Shown one piece after another: positions 59,341-64,000 of a stretch of 64,000 nucleotides of DNA. The stretch comes from an uncultured Oscillospiraceae bacterium (GTDB lineage: Bacteria; Bacillota; Clostridia; Oscillospirales; Oscillospiraceae). The notes under the pieces are model-generated. The model saw only the letters and a program-made list of their open reading frames with translations. It was not told the DNA's origin and ran no database searches. The stretch spans positions 1,893-65,892 of the forward strand of contig CAJOIU010000006.1 in assembly GCA_905234855.1 (NCBI GenBank), read 5' to 3'. Each line of letters starts with the position of its first letter. The stretch's first letter is position 1. The position numbers were made by a program, and so were the translations under genes.

Positions 59341-60162
59341 TTACTCGTACAGCGCCAGAAACTCCTCGAGGCACAGGTCATGCTCCATGATATACCGGGC
59401 GGCCGTCCCCACATAGCGGAGATGCCATGGCTCGTATTCCACGCCGGTAATATCGGTTTTGTCCTCCGGGTAGCGGATGATGAAGCCGTAATCCGCGCAA
59501 TGCTCCTCCAGCCACAGCATGAGGCCGGTCCCGCCGATCCATGGCTCCATTTCCTGCTGGGGGGATTCGAGGATATCCGCCGCCAGACCGAGCTGATGCT
59601 CGCTGCCGCCGGGATAATTCACAGCGATCCGCGTGGCGGCCTCGGCCTCCTCGAAGGTCATGCCCTCCTTCTGGTAATCCGCCACATGGTTCCAATAGAT
59701 GGAATACTGCACCTCATACGAGCGGTAACAGGAGCAGACATACACCTCATAGCCCGCCGCGCGGGCGTCTGCGATCAGCATCAGAAGCGGCGCAGCGGCG
59801 CGGCTGTCGAACCGCTCGCCCCGCTCGATATCCAGCAGCGCCGGCTCAAAATCCGGCTCCAGAAACGGCCCGTCGCTGCGGACTAGACGCAGGTTCCAGT
59901 CCGAGGTATCCACGTCCGGCAGCGCGGGATCCCGGGTCGGGGCGGGGGCGGCGGGCGCCCGAGTCTCCTCCGGCGCATCGTCCTCCTCCGGCGCGGCCGC
60001 GAGCAGCGTTCCCGTCTCCTGCCGCGCCATTTCCTCCCGGATATCCGCCCGCTGCGCCGTGAGCTTGACCACCGTGGCGATCCCCGCGGCCAGCAAGACG
60101 ACCAGCAGCAGTCGGAGCCATGCGCGGCGCTTGATTTTTTTTCGATCCTTCAGCTTTGGCAA
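59341..60162 (-). CDS. VanY-type (M15B) D-alanyl-D-alanine carboxypeptidase, membrane-anchored
   Basis: N-terminal basic region plus a TM helix. SCYRSYEVQ, GGSEHQLGLAADI and YEPWHLRYVG form the H-x6-D / H zinc site of the VanY family. Confidence 0.8.
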   Translation of the reverse strand: MPKLKDRKKIKRRAWLRLLLVVLLAAGIATVVKLTAQRADIREEMARQETGTLLAAAPEEDDAPEETRAPAAPAPTRDPALPDVDTSDWNLRLVRSDGPFLEPDFEPALLDIERGERFDSRAAAPLLMLIADARAAGYEVYVCSCYRSYEVQYSIYWNHVADYQKEGMTFEEAEAATRIAVNYPGGSEHQLGLAADILESPQQEMEPWIGGTGLMLWLEEHCADYGFIIRYPEDKTDITGVEYEPWHLRYVGTAARYIMEHDLCLEEFLALYE

Positions 60163-60207
60163 AGCATTTCACCATCCCGCCCTAAGGCGAGCCTGTCTTA
60201 TGTAGGA

Positions 60208-61152
60208 TTAATAGTAGGTCGCCACCGGCTGCTCCGGCGGGTCGCACGGTTCGATGTGCTTCACGGTGAGCACCGGACCCTTTTTCCCATAGGCGCGATG
60301 CCAGCGAACGCTGACCTGCCCGGTCAGCACCACCCATTCACCCTTGGCGAGGGTCTTGGCCTGCGGCCAGGTACAGGCAAGGCCGGTGAACTGGATATCG
60401 TTCACACAGCAGGTCATGAGCTGCCGCCCGAAGATGAAGGAATCCTCCGGCAGGCGGGCGCTCTTCACCACCATGCCCTTATATCGCAGGGTCTTGCCGT
60501 CGTATTTGCGGAAGCTCTCCGAGAGATCGGCGTAAAACAGCGCATAGTCCCGGTCGGCGATATCCACCACCGGCGCTTCCAGATCGAAGGGCAGAGGATC
60601 CTCGATCTCGTCGTATTCCACCGAGCCGTCCGGCTTCTCATAGGCGATATCCGTCCGGCGGCTGGCCGCCCGGACGATCTTATGCAGCTCCATACGGTCG
60701 ATATCCTCGCCGCAGCGGTTGAATACCACCAGCTCACAGCTCCGCAGCTTGTCGTACACGAGCTGGCGCATATTGGCGTTATAGGACACAAAGGTATTCG
60801 CGTCGCAGAAAAGGTATTCCTGCGCGATCACCCAACTCTGCGGCATCTTCTCATAGAGTGTGCCGAGCTGCCACATGCCGTTGTATTCCACGATGACGCG
60901 CTCGCATTTGTGAGCGTCGAGCATCCTTTGCAGCGGCTCCGGCTGGAGGTCTTCCTCGTTTTCCACCGTCTCCACATAGACGTTCGGACTGGCAAACAGA
61001 CTGGGATCCAGCTCCTCGATGCCCTCCTCGCACAGCAGCAGGAGCGTGCGGGTGCCGTCGTTCACGCGGCGATCCTGCAGGGATTCTTGGATAAACTTGG
61101 TTTTTCCGGCCTCAAGAAAGCCGGTAAACAGATAAACGGGAATGTCCTTCAC
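60208..61152 (-). CDS. degenerate COG0523-like P-loop domain fused to a Cys-Cys-containing C-terminal domain (DUF1980-like suspected)
   Basis: GTG start overlapping the upstream stop (GTGA). FTGFLEAGKTKF is an altered Walker A and no CxCC motif is present. The C-terminal QLMTCCVNDIQFTGLAC resembles the CC motif of TIGR03943/DUF1980 proteins. Confidence 0.6.
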   Translation of the reverse strand: MKDIPVYLFTGFLEAGKTKFIQESLQDRRVNDGTRTLLLLCEEGIEELDPSLFASPNVYVETVENEEDLQPEPLQRMLDAHKCERVIVEYNGMWQLGTLYEKMPQSWVIAQEYLFCDANTFVSYNANMRQLVYDKLRSCELVVFNRCGEDIDRMELHKIVRAASRRTDIAYEKPDGSVEYDEIEDPLPFDLEAPVVDIADRDYALFYADLSESFRKYDGKTLRYKGMVVKSARLPEDSFIFGRQLMTCCVNDIQFTGLACTWPQAKTLAKGEWVVLTGQVSVRWHRAYGKKGPVLTVKHIEPCDPPEQPVATYY

Positions 61153-62303
61153 AGCCCGAACAGCTCCTTTACCGCGTCCTCGCGCAGGTTCGCGCCGATC
61201 ACGCAGACGCGCCCCGCAATATTGGCCGGGCCTGTGCGGATATCCTTCTCCCCCGGGGTATAGTCGAAATGCACCCATGTGCCGTCCGGCGCGGCGACAT
61301 AGCCCTTGGCGCGCACGATGAAGCCGAATTTCTCCTCCTCACCCAGCGAGGAAAGGATCGCGTCGATCGCGGCCGCGTCATATTTCTTCGCGGTCTCCGC
61401 GCCCCAGCTTTGGAACACCTCGTCCGCGTCGTGTCCATGATGATGGTGATGGTGGTGCTCATGACCATGGTCATGGTGATGATCGTGCCCGTGCTCATGA
61501 CCGTGCCCGTGCTCATGATCGTGCCCGTGCTCATGACCGTGCTCGTGTTCATGACCGTGCTCGTGTTCATGACCGTGCTCGTGTTCATGCTCATGCTCGT
61601 CATCATCGTCGTGATGGTGATGATGGCACGCGCAGTCGGGATCGTCGCATTCCTCGTCCTCTTCCTCGAAATGCTCGCGCAGCAGCGCCTCCAGCTCGGC
61701 GGAGACGGTATTCTTCCGCTCGATGGCGTCGAGGATCTGACGGCCGGTGATCTGGCTCCAGTCGGTGGAGACGATGACGGCCTCGGGATTCTTCTCCCGC
61801 AGCAGCGCCTCGGCCTGGGCGATCTTCTCCTCACTCATGCCGCCGGTACGGGACAGGACGATGCAGTTGGCGGACTGCACCTGATTATCGAAAAACTCGC
61901 CGAAATTCTTCATATAAAGCTTTGCGCGGGTGGCGTCCACGACGGTGGTGAGGCCGCCCAGCTCCAGCCCGTCGACACCTGCGGTCTGCACGGCGGCGAC
62001 GATCTCCGAGAGCTTGCCCACCCCGGACGGCTCGATGATGACCCGGTCGGGCTGATACTGCGCAATGACCATCCGCAGCGCCTCGCGGAAGTCGCCGGTG
62101 AGGCTGCAGCAGATGCAGCCGGAGTTCATTTCGTTCACGGTCACGCCCGCGTCCTGCAGAAAGCCGCCGTCGATGCCGATCTCGCCGAATTCGTTTTCGA
62201 TCAGCACGAGCTTTTCGCCCGCGTAGCCCTCGGCGATGAGCTTTTTGATGAGCGTCGTCTTTCCGGCGCCGAGGAAGCCGGACACGATATCGATTTTTGC
62301 CAT
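61149..62303 (-). CDS. COG0523 (CobW/ZigA/YjiA-type) G3E GTPase metallochaperone with a long His-rich insert
   Basis: SGFLGAGKTTLI Walker A, GCICCS (CxCC metal motif) and a His/Asp/Glu/Gly tract of about 70 aa, CHHHHHDDDDEHEHEHEHGHEHEHG...HHHHHHHGHD. Confidence 0.85.
   Translation of the reverse strand: MAKIDIVSGFLGAGKTTLIKKLIAEGYAGEKLVLIENEFGEIGIDGGFLQDAGVTVNEMNSGCICCSLTGDFREALRMVIAQYQPDRVIIEPSGVGKLSEIVAAVQTAGVDGLELGGLTTVVDATRAKLYMKNFGEFFDNQVQSANCIVLSRTGGMSEEKIAQAEALLREKNPEAVIVSTDWSQITGRQILDAIERKNTVSAELEALLREHFEEEDEECDDPDCACHHHHHDDDDEHEHEHEHGHEHEHGHEHEHGHEHGHDHEHGHGHEHGHDHHHDHGHEHHHHHHHGHDADEVFQSWGAETAKKYDAAAIDAILSSLGEEEKFGFIVRAKGYVAAPDGTWVHFDYTPGEKDIRTGPANIAGRVCVIGANLREDAVKELFGL
61481..61588 (-). 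repeat. six tandem 18-nt units (two subtypes, three copies each) encoding the His-rich tract
   Basis: The plus strand reads (gatc|gacc)gtgcccgtgctcat three times, then gaccgtgctcgtgttcat three times. Confidence 0.9.
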
Positions 62304-62340
62304 TGTCTTTGGTCACCTTCCGAATATTAGTCTAGTATAT

Positions 62341-62349
62341 ATTATAGCA
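62341..62349 (-). promoter_or_regulatory. extended -10 (TGcTATAAT) for the COG0523 operon
   Basis: The minus strand reads GTGCTATAAT about 40 nt upstream of the ATG. Confidence 0.45.
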
Positions 62350-62425
62350 CACCCCCCGCAAAAAGAAAAGCGGAAAGGCGCGGCTTTCCGTTCAGCAAAC
62401 GGCGCTGGCGCACGGCGGGGAAATG

Positions 62426-62434
62426 TGCTATACT
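62426..62434 (+). promoter_or_regulatory. extended -10 (TGcTATACT) for the phosphoesterase gene
   Basis: gtgctatact lies about 50 nt upstream of the ATG. Confidence 0.4.
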
Positions 62435-62482
62435 GGGGCATACTGTCAGAGCCCGCCGAAGCGGGGGGAAGGGAGCGCCGCC

Positions 62483-62956
62483 ATGAAGCGGATATGCGTT
62501 TTTTCGGATTCCCACGGCTATGGGGAGAATATGCTCCGGGTCATCGACCGGGAGAAGCCGGCTATGGTGATCCATCTGGGCGACGGTCTTTCCGACCTTT
62601 GGCAGGTGACGCGTAAGTATCCCGACCTGCCGGTGGAGAGCGCGCGGGGCAACTGCGACCGCTATTCCACCGCGATGAATACGCTGCGCCTCACGGTGGA
62701 GGGTAAGCGCATCTTCGCCTGTCACGGCCATACCTATGACGTGAAATTCGATCCCGCACTGACCCGCCTGCGCTATGCTGCGCTGGAGGACGAGGCGGAT
62801 ATCCTCCTTTTCGGGCATACCCACATCCCCATGCAGGATCATGACCTCGGCATGGATATCCTCAACCCCGGCACGGTGGGGGAGAGCTATTGCCCAACCT
62901 ACGGCCTCATCGTGATCGACGGCGGCCGCGTCACGACGGAGATCCGGCAGGCGTGA
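62483..62956 (+). CDS. YfcE/MJ0936-family metallophosphoesterase
   Basis: ICVFSDSHG, HLGDG, GNCD, CHGH and GHTH motifs appear in canonical order. Confidence 0.85.
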   Translation: MKRICVFSDSHGYGENMLRVIDREKPAMVIHLGDGLSDLWQVTRKYPDLPVESARGNCDRYSTAMNTLRLTVEGKRIFACHGHTYDVKFDPALTRLRYAALEDEADILLFGHTHIPMQDHDLGMDILNPGTVGESYCPTYGLIVIDGGRVTTEIRQA

Positions 62957-62972
62957 AAAAACCGCATAAGCC

Positions 62973-63009
62973 ACAGTGCTTCGGGCAGGCGACCCGAAGC
63001 ACTGTTTTT
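62973..63009. terminator. terminator between convergent genes
   Basis: cagtgcttcggg / cccgaagcactg stem followed by T6. Confidence 0.85.
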
Positions 63010-63015
63010 TCGTCA

Positions 63016-64000
63016 TTATTCTTGCAATTCATCCAGCGTCAGCACCTCAAAGCCCTCCGCCTTGCCCTTAAGCTTCACGGAGCCGCCCAGCGAGGTGGTT
63101 TTCGCCCGATCCCCCAAGGCGTCGGCCACCGCGCGGCTGATATACACCGTCCCGCCGGGGGCGTTCGCCTCCAGCCGAGCCGCCGTATTCACCGTATCGC
63201 CGATGGCGGTATAGTCCATATGCCGCTCCGAGCCCATGTTGCCTACGACCGCGGGACCGTAATGGACGCCGACGCCCACGCGCAGCTCCTCGTCGATCTC
63301 CTCCTTGAGCCGTTCGGAGAGCTCCCGCGCGCCTTCGACGATATCCATCGCCGTCTTGGCGGCAAAATAGATCGGATCGTCCATCGGCAGCGGCGCGCCC
63401 CAGAAGGCCATCGTCGCGTCGCCCACGAATTTATCCAGCGTTCCGCGGTTCTTTTCCACGCAGGAGCTTGTCATGGTGAGGTAGCGGTTCAGGATGAAAA
63501 CGACCTTTTCCGGCGGCAGACGTTCGGACATGGTGGTAAAGCCCCGGACATCCACGAACAGCACCGCGATATCCCGCACCGTGCCGCCCAGCCGCAGGCT
63601 GTCGGTTCCCTCCCTGAGGATCTCCTGCACGATCTCGGGCGCCACATAGCGCTCGAAGGTGCGGGTCACCCGCTGGCGCTCCATGGCCGCGCGGATATAA
63701 TGCCGCACGACGGAGACGATGAACAGCGCCAGTACCACCGCCGGAAGCCACGTCGGATGGGTCACATACCCCAGCCCATAGAGCAGGAGGGAGCCGCCGA
63801 TCCCCGCGGCGATCAGCGCAAGCCCGATCCAAACCGACCGGCGCAGCCGCCCCGTCTGGAACAGCAGCATCGCCGCGAAGGCCAGCAGAAACAGAAGGAT
63901 ATACTGGGGCAGATCGGACGCCTCCCGCTTGAAATCTCCCTCCAGAATACTCTGGACGACGTTGGCCTGCAGCTCCACGCCGTACATCTGCTCCGCCCGG
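63016..64000 (-). CDS. CHASE2-domain class III adenylate/guanylate cyclase (N-terminus outside window)
   Basis: The frame is open to the window edge. TM helices are followed by VLFVDVRGFTTMSE...KFVGDATMAFWGAP...GVGVHYGPAVVGNMG...YTAIGDTVNTAARLE. Confidence 0.85.
   Translation of the reverse strand, partial: RAEQMYGVELQANVVQSILEGDFKREASDLPQYILLFLLAFAAMLLFQTGRLRRSVWIGLALIAAGIGGSLLLYGLGYVTHPTWLPAVVLALFIVSVVRHYIRAAMERQRVTRTFERYVAPEIVQEILREGTDSLRLGGTVRDIAVLFVDVRGFTTMSERLPPEKVVFILNRYLTMTSSCVEKNRGTLDKFVGDATMAFWGAPLPMDDPIYFAAKTAMDIVEGARELSERLKEEIDEELRVGVGVHYGPAVVGNMGSERHMDYTAIGDTVNTAARLEANAPGGTVYISRAVADALGDRAKTTSLGGSVKLKGKAEGFEVLTLDELQE

Noticed and set aside
62311-62350. Possible Zur/Fur-type operator in the AT-rich stretch upstream of the COG0523 gene
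   Set aside because: aatattagtctagtatatattatag has no convincing 7-1-7 or 9-1-9 dyad symmetry when the arms are compared. It is kept only as something to test with a proper PWM.
1-64000. Search for rRNA, tRNA, CRISPR arrays, IS elements or prophage and defence genes
   Set aside because: Intergenic regions are short and are explained by promoters and terminators. I saw no cloverleaf-like or repeat-spacer structures, no transposase, and no nuclease- or helicase-type defence genes. The only mobile-element trace is the integrase remnant at 791-964.

Overview
GC-rich chromosomal segment from an anaerobic bacterium with a Gram-positive-type envelope. The Clostridia-like assignment is inferred from rnfCDGEAB, an [FeFe]-hydrogenase, lipobox lipoproteins, YfhO and cell-wall-binding repeats. 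I support 53 protein-coding genes (two are short ORFs missing from the supplied track) and one integrase remnant. I recognised no rRNA, tRNA, CRISPR array or intact mobile element.

Content from left to right:
- a secreted HAD-phosphatase/solute-binding fusion protein
- an Fe-type alcohol dehydrogenase
- an Sfp-type PPTase translationally coupled to a transglutaminase-like lipoprotein
- a cluster of secreted beta-helix-like proteins
- an [FeFe]-hydrogenase with a NuoF/GltD-like partner
- a permease beside a ferredoxin-flavoprotein and GltD-like reductase pair
- pheA and the Rnf complex
- a nucleoside-salvage neighbourhood: tdk, udk, a BMP-type ABC transporter and a PfkB kinase
- a split chromate-transporter pair
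- a VanY-like peptidase, a COG0523 metallochaperone pair with a repeat-encoded His tract, and a CHASE2 cyclase running off the window

The most unusual part is a roughly 16.5 kb co-directional envelope locus at 40603-57047. It encodes YfhO, WecE, a polytopic protein with a wall-binding repeat, seven ATP-grasp ligases, a GtrB-like GT2 and a MOP flippase. I interpret it as a candidate pathway that builds an amino-acid- or peptide-acylated amino sugar on a polyprenyl carrier and grafts it onto a wall polymer.

Most of the long ORFs in the track that lie antisense to these genes are GC-driven shadow ORFs and were rejected.
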